Positions 20,780 through 34,032 of a stretch of 64,000 nt of DNA are shown here, in pieces. The position numbers and the translations under genes were made by a program. How positions within the stretch are numbered: position 1 is the stretch's first letter; the number at the start of each line of letters is the position of its first letter. The notes under the pieces are model-generated. The model was not told the origin of the DNA, did no database searches, and was given only the letters and a program-made list of their open reading frames with translations. Location of the stretch: assembly GCA_963776925.1 (NCBI GenBank), contig CAVZON010000006.1, positions 404,138 to 468,137 of the forward strand, read 5' to 3'. The DNA is from an uncultured Chloroflexia bacterium (lineage in GTDB: Bacteria; Chloroflexota; Limnocylindria; Limnocylindrales; CSP1-4).

Positions 20780-23726
20780 ATGGAACGCCTGATGCTGCTC
20801 GACGGCTACGGGCTCGTCTACCGCGGATACTTCGCCCTGCCGCCCCTCACCACCTCGAAGGGCGAGCTGGTCAACGGCGTCTTCGGGTTCGCCAGCATCG
20901 TGCTGCGTGGCATCCAGGATCTCCAGCCCGACTATCTGGCCGTGTCGTTCGACCTGCCGGGCAAGACGTTCCGGCACGAGCAGTACGCCGACTACAAGGC
21001 GACCCGGGTGAAGATGCCCGACGACCTGCGGGACCAGTTCCCGAAGGTCCGTGAGGTCGTCAAGGCGCTGCGCATCCCGGTCTACGAGATGGCCGGCTAC
21101 GAGGCCGACGACGTCATCGGCACGATCACCCGCCAGCTCGATCCGCGCGAGGACCTCGAGACGACGATCGTCACGGTCGACCTGGACATGCTCCAGCTGG
21201 TCACGCCGCGGGTCCGCCTGATGACCACCCGCTCGGGCGTCGAGAACACGATCATGTACGACGTCGATCGCATCGACGAGCGCTTCGGGCTGCGGCCCGA
21301 CCAGATGATCGACTACAAGGCGCTCAAGGGTGATCCGAGCGACAACATCCCGGGCGTGCCCGGTGTCGGCGAGAAGACGGCCGCCAAGCTGATCCGCGAG
21401 TTCGGCGACCTCGATGCGCTGCTCGCCCGGCTCGACGAGGTGACCCCGCCCAAGCTCGGCGACAAGCTGCGCGAGCACGTCGACCAGATCCGGATGGGCC
21501 GCGACCTGTCGACCATCGTGCGCGACCTGCCCGTCGACTTCGATCTCGAGTCCGCACGGCTGGGCGACTACGACCGGGACACGGTCGTCCGGCTCTTCCG
21601 CGAGTACGAGTTCCGGACGCTCATCGAGCGGCTCCCGCCGATGGCCGGCGAGAGCGCCGAGGAGCGGTCCGACGCAGCTTCGGTCGGTCGTCGACAGCGG
21701 GTACGTGCCCGCGGCCCGCGTCGCCGGTGGTCGGCCCGATGGCTGGAGCGCGAGCCGGCCCGTGAGTCGGGCGCCGTCGGCCAGCGGCGAGCTCCAGTTG
21801 CGGCTCGACTTCGACGCGGTCTCGGGCTCGAGTGCTCCGGCGTCGGACGGCGCAGCCGGCGACGCACCAGAGCGGACCTTCGAGCCGGCCGACGACCTGC
21901 CGACGGCGCTCGCCCAGGCGATCCAGGACCCCGGGCGGATCGAGGTCCGCGGCGTCGACCGCATCGAGGACCTCGAGGCCTGGCTCCGCGACCAGCCGCA
22001 GGTCGGGGTCGCGCTCGTCCAGGACGATCCACGCCCGCGGCGCGGCACGCCCCTGGCCCTGGCCGTGACCGGGACGGACGGTCGGACGGTCGCGGCGGAC
22101 GGGCCGGAGGCGGCGACGGCGCTCCGCCGCCTGCTCGAGCGGCTGCGCATCCCGCTCGTGGGCCACGAGGTCAAGGCCCTCCTCGTCGCGGCCTACGCGG
22201 ACGACCGCGAAGCGATCCCGATGCCGGTCGCCGACGACACCCAGGTCGCGGCCTACATCCTCAATGCCGCCCTGCGCAGCCAGACCATCGCCGACGTCGT
22301 GGCCGAGAACCTCGACCAGATCCTGCCACCGGCCAACGAGCTGCCGGCGACGGCGCGGGCCGGGCTGGAGGCGCTCGCCGCCCTGGCCGTCCACGAGCCG
22401 CTGCAGCGCCGGCTCGTCGACGTCGACCTGGAGCGGCTCTTCCGGGAGGTCGAGCTGCCGCTCATCCCGGTCCTCGCCCGGATGGAGGCGGACGGCGTCG
22501 CCCTCGATCTCGAGGCGCTCGGGATCCTCGACCGCGAGTTCGCCGCGGAGATCGACCGGCTCGAGCGCGAGATCTACGTCGACGTGGGCCACGAGTTCAA
22601 CCTGGGCAGTCCCAAGCAGCTCGAGCAGGTCCTCTTCTACGAGCTCGACCTGCCCAAGGGGAAGCGCACGAAGACCGGCTACTCGACGGACGCGTCGGTG
22701 CTCGAGGACCTCCGTCCGGCGCATCCGATGATCGACAAGCTGCTCGAATGGCGGGTCTACACGAAGCTGCGCTCGACCTACGTCGAGGCCCTGCCGTCGC
22801 TGATCGCGCCCGACGGCCGGTTGCACACGACCTTCCACCAGGCCGTGGCGGCGACCGGTCGCCTGTCGTCGTCGGACCCGAACCTCCAGAACATCCCGAT
22901 CCGGACGGCGCTCGGCCGGCGCATCCGACGGGCCTTCGTGGCCGGCGACCCGGACCTCGTCCTGCTCGCGGCCGACTACTCCCAGATCGAGCTGCGCATC
23001 CTCGCCCACGTCTCCGGCGACGAGCACCTCAAGGACGCCTTCGCCCGCGGCGCCGACATCCACCGCGAGACGGCGGCTCGCGTGCTCCACAAGCCGCCGG
23101 AGGACATCACCCACGCCGAGCGGTCGATGGCCAAGATGGTCAACTTCGGGCTGGCCTACGGGATGAGCGACTTCGGGCTCGCGTCGCGCGCCAACATCCC
23201 GCGCAAGGACGCCCAGGAGTTCATCAACAGCTACTTCGCGGCCTACTCGGGCATCAGCTACTACATGATGGCGATCAAGGAGCAGGCCAAGGCCCAGGGC
23301 TGGGTCGAGACGCTGCTCGGGCGGAAGCGACAGATCCCGGAGCTGCGTGCATCCAATCCGGCCCTGCGGGGCGCGGGCGAGCGGATGGCCATCAACATGC
23401 CGATCCAGGGCACGGCGGCCGACATCCAGAAGATCGCGATGATCCGCGTGGCGGAGCGGCTGGCGGCGACGGGCTCGCGGGCCGTCCTGCTCCTGACGGT
23501 CCATGACGAGCTGCTGTTCGAGGTGCCGCGCGACCAGGTCGAGCCGTTGGCCGCGCTCGTGCGCGAGACGATGGAGGGCGCGCTGCCCCTGTCGGTGCCG
23601 CTCATCGTCGACGTCAAGGTCGGCGACGACTGGGAGTCGATGACGCCGCTGACCCGGGCCGACGAGATCGCCGCCGAAGCCGACGAGCTGCCGCTCGAGG
23701 CGCCGATCGCGCCGATCGCTTCGTAG
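20780..23726 (+). CDS. polA: DNA polymerase I; one frame break
   Basis: 5'-nuclease domain (LLDGYGLVYRGYFA, DNIPGVPGVGEKTAAKLI). Central exo-like region. Family A polymerase motifs DYSQIELRILAH, RSMAKMVNFGLAYGM, TVHDELLFEV. ORF 20780- joins ORF 21705-23726 with a shift near 21672. Confidence 0.94.
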
Positions 23727-23735
23727 GCCGGGTCG

Positions 23736-24831
23736 ATGCCGGAGCTCCCTGAGGTCGAGACGGTCGCGCGCGACCTGCGTCCGCGGCTGGTCGGCGCGAC
23801 GATCGTCGGTGCTCGCTGCTCCTGGGCACGCACGCTGCGCACGCACGACCCCCTGGCGTTCGCCGACGCGGTCGCCGGACGCGAGGTCCTCGCGGTCGGT
23901 CGCCGCGCGAAGCAGCTCGTCATCGAGCTCAGCGGCGACGCCGCCCTGACCGTCCACCTCAAGATGACCGGCCAGCTGTTCGTCGTCCCGGCCGATGCGC
24001 CCGAGGATCCGTACATCCGCCTGGTGCTGGAGCTGGCCGATGGCCGCGAGCTGCGGTTCCGGGACATCCGCAAGTTCGGCAAGGTCGGCCTGTACGGGCG
24101 CGACCCGGTGACCGGCGAGCTCGTCGCCGAGGTCGGCGGGGCGGCCGTGTTCGCGGCGATCGGCCCGGAACCACTCGACGACGGCGTTCACCCTGCGCGA
24201 CTTCCGCCGGCTGCTGCGCCGCCGCAAGGGCCGCCTCAAGCCGCTCCTGCTCGACCAGTCGTTCGTGGCGGGCATCGGCAACATCTACGCGGACGAAGCC
24301 CTGTGGCGGTCACGGCTGCACCCGCTGCGCACGGTCGGCACCCTGCGCGTGCCCGACGAGCGGCACGTGTACGACGCCATCCGGGGCGTCCTCGGCGAGG
24401 CCGTCGAGCGGCGGGGCTCATCCATCGACGACTACACGGCACCCGACGGCGACGGCTCGATGCAGGACGTGCTGGACGTCTACCAGCGCACCGGCGAGCC
24501 CTGTCATCGCTGCGGACGCCCGATCCGGCGCATCGTCATCGGTGCGCGCTCGACCCACTTCTGCTCGTGGTGCCAGCGGCTGCCGGCGACCGATCGCAAG
24601 GCCGCCAGGACGATCCTGCGCGGCATGCGCGGCGGCGAGGTCCGGCACGGCCGGCGCTGGACCGAGCTGGCGGCCGGGGAGGGGAGCGTCGGGTTGACGC
24701 CGGCCGAAGCCGAGCGTGCCACCGCACGCGCCCGGACCGAGCGGACGAAGCGGGCGGCCGCCACGCGCCGGGCGGCGGCCCGCGCCTCGGCCGGCGCGTC
24801 GGGTTCGCCCGTCGCGGGGGACGGTGCCTGA
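23736..24831 (+). CDS. mutM: Formamidopyrimidine-DNA glycosylase with ~84-aa basic C-terminal tail; one frame break
   Basis: MPELPEVETV catalytic N-terminus, H2TH AGIGNIYADEALW, zinc finger CHRCGRPI...HFCSWCQ. Then an Arg/Ala/Thr-rich tail to stop 24829-24831. Frame shift near 24188. Confidence 0.9.
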
Positions 24832-26867
24832 TGTCGATCCTTCGGATGGCGGCGGTGACCCGCGAGATCGGCACGTTCGTCATCCTCGACGCCATCGATG
24901 CGGCCATCGCCGCGGGTGACCGGATCGGCCTGGTGGGTCCGAACGGGGCCGGCAAGACGACCCTGCTTCGACTCGCGGCCGGGCGGGACGAGCCGGATCG
25001 CGGCACGGTCCAGCGCAAGCGCAACCTGTCCGTCGGGCTGCTCGCCCAGGAGTCCCACTTCGACGCGGCGTTCATGGCGGCACCGGACCTGCGGACGGCC
25101 GTGCGCACCGGCGCGGCCCACCTCGGGCAGATGGCGGACCGTCTGGCGCACCTCGAGCACGACGGGCAGGCAGCCGGCGCCGAGTACGCCGAGCTCCAGC
25201 ACCGGTACGAGATCCTCGGCGGCTACACCCTCGACCAGCGCGTCGAGGCGGCCCTGTCCGGCCTCGGCTTCCCGACGAACGAGTGGACGAAGCCACCGAC
25301 GGCGCTCTCCGGTGGCGAGCAGACCCGGGCCGCGCTCGCCCGGCTGGTCATCAGCGATCCGGACCTGCTCCTGCTCGACGAACCGACCAACCACCTCGAC
25401 CTGGACGCCCTCGAGTGGCTCGAGGATCACCTGCGCCGTCGCGCCGGCGCGCTGCTGGCGGCCTCGCACGACCGGGCCTTCCTCGATGCCACGGTCACCC
25501 GGGTGTGGGAGCTGCGTGACCGCCGCCTGACCGCGTTCCGCGGCGACTACGCCGCGTACCACCGCCAACGCGAGGAGCGTGACGTCCGCGCGGAGAAGGA
25601 GGCGGACACCTGGGAGGAGCAGGTCGTTCGCGAGCGCGAGCTGGTCCAGCGCTACCGGAGCCAGCGCAAGTTCTCCAAGATGCACGAGCACGAGGCGCGA
25701 CTCGAGAAGCTGCTCGCGGAGCGACGCGACGCGCCGAAGAAGGTCCGCAAGCTGACCCTCCCGCAGGGCTCGCTCGCCGGGGGCGGGCCGTCCCGCTCGG
25801 GCGAGATCGTCGTCCGCGTCGAGGACCTCGTCGTCGGCTACCTGCCCGGCCGTGGGGCGCTCCTGGCCGACGGCTCGGCGGCGACGAGCGCCCGGCCCGT
25901 GGCCACCGTCCCGACCCTCGTCGCCCAGCGTGGCGATCGCATCGGCATCGTCGGCCCGAACGGTGCCGGCAAGACGACCCTGCTGCGGACGATCGCCGGC
26001 GAGCTGCCGCCACTCGACGGGACGCTGACGTTCGGCCACAACATCGCGCTCGGCTACCTCGCCCAGCTCCGCGGCGCGGCACTGCCGGGGACGACCGTGC
26101 TCGAGGCGCTGACCGCGGCCATCCCGGTGACCGACGGGGAGGCGCGTTCGTACCTGGCCCGCTTCCTGTTCCGCGGCGATGACGTGCTCAAGGAGGTCCG
26201 GGCGCTGTCCGGCGGCGAGCGCTCGCGGCTGGAGCTGGCCATCCTCGGCATCCAGCCATCGAACCTCCTCCTGCTCGACGAGCCGACCAACCACCTCGAC
26301 ATCCCCGCCCGCGAGGCGATCGAGCGGTTCATGACCGAGTCGTCCGCGACCCTCCTCGTCGTGTCCCACGACCGGCGACTGCTCGAGACCGTGTGCGACC
26401 GGCTGTGGGTCGTCGACGATGGCGGTGCCGTCGGCTTCGACGGCGGCTATCGCGCCTGGCGTTCGGCCGTGGCCGACGGCTGGACGGTCGCGCGCGCCAT
26501 CGCCGACCAGGCCAGCCGCGGTCGGCCGCCCGCCGCCGGCAGCAGCGGGCGGACCGGTGCCTCCGCTGGTGTGGTGCCCGCGGCGATCCCGGCGGCGCCG
26601 ATCGCCCCCGCCCGGTCCGCGACGCGGTCCAAGGCGCGGCCGGCGAAGCTGTCGAAGGATGCCTACAAGCGCCAGCGGGCGACCCTCGATGCGGAGCTGA
26701 CCCGCCTCGGGCTGCGCAAGAACCACCTCGAGCTGGCCCTCGGCGACCCGGCGGTGGCCGCGAACTTCGTGGAGCTGCGTCGGGTCACGAGCGAGCTGGC
26801 CGATGTCGATGCCGCCCTCCTCGTGGCCGAGGACGCCTGGCTCGAGCTCGAGGAACGCGCCCCGTGA
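24831..26867 (+). CDS. ABC-F family ATPase (two ABC domains, no TM; Uup/EttA-like), intact
   Basis: ATG 24831 overlaps the mutM stop by 1 nt. GPNGAGKTTLL twice, LSGGEQTRAALA and LSGGERSRLELA, LLLLDEPTNHLD twice, charged linker, C-terminal coiled-coil-like tail. Confidence 0.9.
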   Translation: MSILRMAAVTREIGTFVILDAIDAAIAAGDRIGLVGPNGAGKTTLLRLAAGRDEPDRGTVQRKRNLSVGLLAQESHFDAAFMAAPDLRTAVRTGAAHLGQMADRLAHLEHDGQAAGAEYAELQHRYEILGGYTLDQRVEAALSGLGFPTNEWTKPPTALSGGEQTRAALARLVISDPDLLLLDEPTNHLDLDALEWLEDHLRRRAGALLAASHDRAFLDATVTRVWELRDRRLTAFRGDYAAYHRQREERDVRAEKEADTWEEQVVRERELVQRYRSQRKFSKMHEHEARLEKLLAERRDAPKKVRKLTLPQGSLAGGGPSRSGEIVVRVEDLVVGYLPGRGALLADGSAATSARPVATVPTLVAQRGDRIGIVGPNGAGKTTLLRTIAGELPPLDGTLTFGHNIALGYLAQLRGAALPGTTVLEALTAAIPVTDGEARSYLARFLFRGDDVLKEVRALSGGERSRLELAILGIQPSNLLLLDEPTNHLDIPAREAIERFMTESSATLLVVSHDRRLLETVCDRLWVVDDGGAVGFDGGYRAWRSAVADGWTVARAIADQASRGRPPAAGSSGRTGASAGVVPAAIPAAPIAPARSATRSKARPAKLSKDAYKRQRATLDAELTRLGLRKNHLELALGDPAVAANFVELRRVTSELADVDAALLVAEDAWLELEERAP

Positions 26868-27487
26868 CCGCTCCGGCGCGGACGGTGCGCATCGGCCTGA
26901 CCGGGCCGATCGGCTGCGGCAAGTCGACGGTCGCGGGCTGGCTGGCGGCGGTCCCGGGCGTCGTGGTCATCGATGCCGATGCCGTTGCCCGCGACGTGCT
27001 CGCCCCCGGCAGCCCGGCCGTGGCCGCGGTCGCCGCGCGCTTCGGTCCGGAGCTCGTCGATCCGGCGGGCGTGCTGGACCGGGCCGCCCTCGGGCGGATC
27101 GTGTTCGGCGACCCCGACGCGCTGCGCGATCTCGAGGCGATCGTCCACCCGGAGGTCCGTCCGCGCATCGTTGCCGCGATCGAGGCTGCGCAGGCCACCG
27201 CGGCGCCGGCCGTCGTCATCGAGGCGATCAAGCTCGTCGAGGGTGGCCTGGCGGCGTTGTGCGACGAGGTCTGGCTGGTGACCTGCGACCCGGACGATCA
27301 GCGAGCGCGGGTCGAGGGACGGGGCGACGCCGTGGTCGATGCCCGCCAGCGGATCGCGGCCCAAGGGAACCTCGCCGACCGCCTCACCCCGGCGGCGACC
27401 CGGGTGCTCGATACGAGCGGGGACGAGGAGCGGGCCCGCGAGGCGGCGATGGCCGCGCTCCGGGCGTCCGGCGTCGGATCGGGCTGA
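26864..27487 (+). CDS. coaE: Dephospho-CoA kinase, intact
   Basis: GTGA overlap with the ABC-F stop. IGLTGPIGCGKSTV P-loop, VIDADAVARDV, LEAIVHPEV, VIEAIKLVEGG. Confidence 0.88.
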   Translation: MTAPARTVRIGLTGPIGCGKSTVAGWLAAVPGVVVIDADAVARDVLAPGSPAVAAVAARFGPELVDPAGVLDRAALGRIVFGDPDALRDLEAIVHPEVRPRIVAAIEAAQATAAPAVVIEAIKLVEGGLAALCDEVWLVTCDPDDQRARVEGRGDAVVDARQRIAAQGNLADRLTPAATRVLDTSGDEERAREAAMAALRASGVGSG

Positions 27488-27495
27488 GACCAGGT

Positions 27496-27533
27496 GGTCG
27501 CCCGTCCCCACCTTGCGGCGGCGACGGGCGACC
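27496..27533. terminator. Hairpin between convergent coaE and cpaB (possible bidirectional terminator)
   Basis: GGTCGCCCGTC (27496-27506) pairs with GACGGGCGACC (27523-27533); 16-nt loop; no U tract. Confidence 0.3.
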
Positions 27534-27598
27534 GGGAGGCGCGCCGGGTCAGCGGCGCGGAGATGGATGCGCGCGCAGGCCCCGACGGGCCATGTCGG

Positions 27599-28534
27599 TC
27601 AGGGTGCCGGTGAGGCGACGGCCGAGGCCGCCGGGCTCTCGCTCGCGCCGGCCGACGCACTCGGCGCCGGGGTGGCGAGCGGCGTGGCGATCGGTGTCGG
27701 GACGGGACCCTCGACCGGCGGGAAGACCACCGGGATCGGCAGGCCGTACTTGACGATGACCTCGTTGGTCGTCGTACCGAGCTCGGCGGCGTCGACCTGG
27801 CGGGTGTCCACGTCCGGTCGCAGCGCCAGGCTGAACGTGCCCGTGCCGCTCGCCTGCATGTGGCTGATCTCCTCGGCCACGTCGACCGGGGCCCGGAGGA
27901 CGTAGAACGAGCCGGACTTGGCCAGGATGACCATGTTCTGGTAGGTGATCTTCGTCGACTTGTCCGAGTAGTAGCCGTCCTCGTTCAGCAGCCCGTCCGT
28001 CCCGGTCAGGACGTTGATGCTGGCGGTCGCGAAGACGTCGACCGTCTGGTTGGGCTGGAGCAGGCCACCGACCGCCCGGTCGTCCGGCACGGTCATCGAG
28101 ATGGCACGCCACTCGGGGCTGTCCGGACCGACCGACTCGTCGGGGCCGAGGATCGTGAACTGACCGCCCTCGGTGCTCGACGCGAGCAGGTTGGTCGTGA
28201 CCATCTGCCCGGCGAGGACGGTGACCGCCGGGACCCGCCCGATGACAAGGTCCGGCGTGGACACGATGCCCTGGGCGTTGGTGTCGTCGACCGGGATCTC
28301 GCGCACGACCACATCGGCCGCCTCGATGAGCTTCCGGGCCGGGATGGTCTGGGCCGCCACGACGACCGCGACCTTCTGGAGACCGGCCTGGCCGGCCTGC
28401 GACTGCGCCTGGCTGATCAGGTAGAACGCGGCGCCGCCGGCCACGACGGCCAGGATGACGCCCACGATGACGATGTAGCGACCACGACGACTCGGGTCCT
28501 TGTATTCCATCTCCACGATCGGTGTGCCTCCCAC
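27599..28534 (-). CDS. cpaB: Flp/Tad pilus assembly protein CpaB/RcpC-like (SAF domain), intact
   Basis: N-terminal TM RYIVIVGVILAVVAGGAAFYLI. SAF-like VVVAAQTIPARKLIEAADVVVREIP...LVIGRVPAVTVLAGQMVTTNLL. RcpC-like middle. Pro/Thr/Ala-rich tail. Confidence 0.8.
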   Translation of the reverse strand: MGGTPIVEMEYKDPSRRGRYIVIVGVILAVVAGGAAFYLISQAQSQAGQAGLQKVAVVVAAQTIPARKLIEAADVVVREIPVDDTNAQGIVSTPDLVIGRVPAVTVLAGQMVTTNLLASSTEGGQFTILGPDESVGPDSPEWRAISMTVPDDRAVGGLLQPNQTVDVFATASINVLTGTDGLLNEDGYYSDKSTKITYQNMVILAKSGSFYVLRAPVDVAEEISHMQASGTGTFSLALRPDVDTRQVDAAELGTTTNEVIVKYGLPIPVVFPPVEGPVPTPIATPLATPAPSASAGASESPAASAVASPAP

Positions 28535-28594
28535 GGGGTGACGGGGTCGACGGTCGTGCCGCCGCCCGGGATCAGAGGTGCCGTGCCCGCCCGG

Positions 28595-30498
28595 CTAAGT
28601 CCAGGGCACGAGTCGCGCCACCTGACCGCGGCGCAACTCGGGATCGTTCATGTCCAGGTACACGCCGCTGATGGCATAGCCATACACGGCGTTCGAATCG
28701 ACGGAGGTGATGCGGAACACCGCGAAGCCGAGGATGTCGACGTACTCGTCGGTCGTGCCCGCGGTCGCGACGTCGAAGGTGAACGGGACCAGCCGGGTCA
28801 CGACGTCGCCGTTCGAGTTGGTGCCGGTCGCCCGGATGGTCAGGGGGTACTCGCCCGGGCCGAGGGCGCCGCCGTTGACGGAGACCGCGACGGTCTGGCT
28901 GTCACCGCGGTTGAGGGTGATGGTGCTGGGCGACACGCTGACCGCACCGATGCCGGTCGGTAGCACGCCGTTGGCCTGGGGACCGCCCTCGACCGACAGC
29001 GTGACGTCCCCGCCGAAGGCGGTCGAGCCGCTGTTGGTCGTCGAGAACGTCATCGAGCCGGTGCCCGTCAGGCCGGTCGAGCCGACCGAGATGACCGTCC
29101 CTGCGCCGCTGCTCGAGAAGTCGCGGGTGACGGAGCCGATCCTGACGGCGACCGGGTAGTAGTGGTCGGTCAGGTACGGGCTCGACGAGTGGCCCTGGAC
29201 CCAGATGGTGTACACACCGCTCGGGGCGGCGATCGTCTCGAACGTCGTCCAGGTCACGGTGCCGGGCGGGCTGATCGGGGTCGGGCTGAAGGTGAGCGGC
29301 AGGAGCGTGGTGCCGTACGGGTTGGTCGGGTCGCCCCAATCCGTGAACGCGCTCGTCTGGACCACGCCGGCGAAGGCCGCGTTCTTCGTCACCGACATCG
29401 TGACCGCACCGCCGCGGTTCTGGGTCTGGTCGATGGTGACGGTGGACGGCACCGTCATCGCGAAGTCCGGGATGTTCATGACGGTCCCGGAGTAGACGGC
29501 CGCCAGGATCTCCGACCCCGGGTCATAGCGGTCGTTGATGGCGTCGACGATGATCCCTGACGTGTTGCCGTCGAGGATCCCGACCTGGTCATTGGGGTCG
29601 GGCGGCACGGTCACCGGCGGGAACGCCGGGCCGGGATACCCGGTCGCGACCCAGCCGGCCTCGATGTCCTTGAGGGTGTTGGCGTTCGTGCCGGTCGTCA
29701 CGCCGTTGTAGAACAGGTTGGAGGTCGACGACGCGAAGTTCCGGATGTCGAGCGCCACGAAGCCGCGGAAGCTGGCGTTGTTCGCGGCGTGGCACCCTGG
29801 CCGACGAGCGCGATGATCGGGCCGTGGTTGACGGGGTCGTTGCCGGGGTTGCCCGAGTTGAATGCCGAGCCGGGGTTGGGCGTGCCGCGCAGCGATGCGT
29901 CGCTGGCCGTGCCCAGGCACGAGGTGTTGGCGGTCGCGAGGAGGTCCTGGAAGTCGTTCTCGTCGCCGTCGCACGGCGAGGTCGCGCCGGTCGTCGGGCC
30001 CGGGGCGTTGATGTAGTGGCGGACGGCGACCGGCAGCAGGTCGCCGGCGGTCCGGACCATGGCCTTGGCGCTGATCCGGGCGTCGCCCAGGCCCACCGCC
30101 CGGCCGAACGTGTAGTTCACGTCGCTGCGCACGGCGACACGGACATCGGCGCCGGAGATGAGGATCCCGCTCTCGAGGTGGCTCGGGTCGCCGGGGAAGC
30201 CGGCGTCGTACTCGGGCACGACGGCGACCAGGGCGGTCGTGCCGGTCGGGCTCGACAGGAGGTTGCGGGCGAGGACGTCGCGGCCCTCGGCCTCGGCGTC
30301 GGCGGCGGTCTCGCCGCGGATGAGGGCATTGGCCACGGCCAGGGCACCGGCATCGGCCGCGTTCTGGAGGAAGCGGCGCTCGCTGTAGAAGCGTCCGACA
30401 TCGAAGGCCAGCCCGGCCCCGGCCATCAACGCCACCATGGCGAAGACGACGAGGACGAGGACCTGGCCGCGGGCGGTCCGGCGCTCGGCCAAGGACAT
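28595..30498 (-). CDS. Large TadG-like pilus-associated protein (~630 aa) with Ig-like C-terminal region; one frame break
   Basis: N-terminus RGQVLVLVVFAMVALMAGAGLAFDVGRFYSERRFLQNAADAGALAVA (Tad_N-type). Long Thr/Ser/Gly-rich beta-type body including SVSPSTITLNRGDSQTVAVSVNGGALGPGEYPLTIRATG. ORF 29698-30498 joins ORF 28595-29974 near 29780. Confidence 0.7.
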
Positions 30499-31037
30499 CA
30501 GTTGACGACCATCGTGACTTCGCCGGTCAGCCCCAGCCGTCCTCCGGCGTCATGCGGCAGGAGCTGCGACACGAGCGGGACGATGAGGTCCTGGTGGTAG
30601 GTCGAGCGAACGGTGATCTGCTGGCCGACACGGCTGTCGGTGTCGGTGATGCCGGTCGGGACGACGTACGTGATGACGAGGTCGCCGTTGGTGTAGGTCA
30701 GGCCGCTCTGCGTCCAGGTCGTGCCGGTCGCGAAGTTCGGCGCGGTCTTGCCCAGCAGGTTCATCGACGACAGCAGCGATGTCTTGATCGCGTTGTTGCG
30801 GGCCAGGTCGTTCTGGGACTTCGAGTACCCGGCGTCGTAGATGTAGATCGTCCCGGTCCGGGCGCCCTCGCGGGCGGCGTTCGTGATCGTCACGTAGGCG
30901 TTGAACACGAAGCCGAACTGGATGATCCCGAGCAGGATGACCAGCAACGGCATCAGGACCATGGCGAACTCGACCAGGCTCTGACCGGCCTCGGTCTCGG
31001 GGGCGGCGGTGCGCTGACGGGTCCGAACGAGTCGCAT
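30498..31037 (-). CDS. TadE-like pilus assembly (pseudopilin-like) protein, intact
   Basis: 179 aa from ATG 31037: MRLVRTRQRTAAPETEAGQSLVEFAMVLMPLLVILLGIIQFGFVF (TadE N-terminal motif). The stop overlaps the tadG-like ATG by 1 nt. Confidence 0.75.
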   Translation of the reverse strand: MRLVRTRQRTAAPETEAGQSLVEFAMVLMPLLVILLGIIQFGFVFNAYVTITNAAREGARTGTIYIYDAGYSKSQNDLARNNAIKTSLLSSMNLLGKTAPNFATGTTWTQSGLTYTNGDLVITYVVPTGITDTDSRVGQQITVRSTYHQDLIVPLVSQLLPHDAGGRLGLTGEVTMVVN

Positions 31038-31194
31038 GGGTGGTCGGTCGACCTCCTGGGTGGTGACTCGCGGAGTGTCCGGGTCGGTGAGGGCCTGTCG
31101 GTATGACTCGTTCGTCCCACCGGGGCAGCCGATGGGAGTACGCCCCGCGCCGTCCCAAACCGAACGCCCGTGCGAAACAGCCGGCCGGCGATGG

Positions 31195-31200
31195 TAGACT
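31195..31200 (+). promoter_or_regulatory. Putative extended -10 (TGgTAGACT) 6 nt upstream of the uvrB start: leaderless candidate
   Basis: TAGACT 31195-31200 preceded by TGG. GTG start at 31207. No RBS possible in 6 nt. A degenerate SOS-like site CGAACgcccGTgCG lies at 31161-31174. Confidence 0.35.
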
Positions 31201-31206
31201 GGCGAG

Positions 31207-33502
<2,296 letters not shown>

Positions 33503-33699
33503 CGGCAACGGCTGGCAGGCAGGCTGGCTCGACCGCCCGACCTGGGACCGCACCGTGACCCCGAACATCCGAAAGCGCACGGGGCAGCGACCGGCGCGTC
33601 GCCGCTAATCGAGGGACTCGGCAGCACCGCGTCGGAGATGGTGGTGCCTGGACGCGCCGCGATCCGGTGCGGTCTGCTGCGGTCCGGGTGCCATCGGTC

Positions 33700-33705
33700 T
33701 ACATT
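33700..33705 (+). promoter_or_regulatory. Putative -10 TACATT 6 nt upstream of GTG 33712 (leaderless candidate)
   Basis: TANNNT hexamer. Same geometry as at uvrA, uvrB and uvrC. Confidence 0.25.
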
Positions 33706-33711
33706 GCAGGG

Positions 33712-34026
33712 GTGTTCTACCGGCTGGCGACGCTGATGCTGGCACAGGCCCTGGACCTGACGACCTTCGTGTTCATGGTCCGGACCCATGGCGTCGCGGC
33801 CGAGGCGAACCCCCTCGTCGCCGACCTGTTCGTGACCCTCGGCATCCCGGCGGTGCTCATCGCCAAGGGCCTGCTCGTCGTCGTGGTCGGTTCGCTGGGG
33901 ATCGCCGCCGCCGCGGCGGCCGGTGGGAGCCTCGTGTGGCGCGTCGCCGGCGGGCTGCCCATCGCCCTCGCGATCGCTCTCGGGCTCATCGGCGGCATCA
34001 CGAACGCGGCCGTGATCCTCGCCTGA
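33712..34026 (+). CDS. Small integral membrane protein (DUF5658-like?)
   Basis: VFYRLATLMLAQALDLTTFVFMVRTHGVAAEANPLVADLF, then two further hydrophobic helices. The D..T....(E)ANP pattern recalls DUF5658 (from memory). ORF could start at 33667. Confidence 0.5.
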   Translation: MFYRLATLMLAQALDLTTFVFMVRTHGVAAEANPLVADLFVTLGIPAVLIAKGLLVVVVGSLGIAAAAAAGGSLVWRVAGGLPIALAIALGLIGGITNAAVILA

Positions 34027-34032
34027 ACCGCG

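Noticed and set aside
21621-26726. 887-aa and 740-aa minus-strand ORFs (21621-24284 and 24504-26726)
   Set aside because: They are antisense shadows of polA/mutM and of the ABC-F gene. Composition is low-complexity and Arg-rich, with no motifs.
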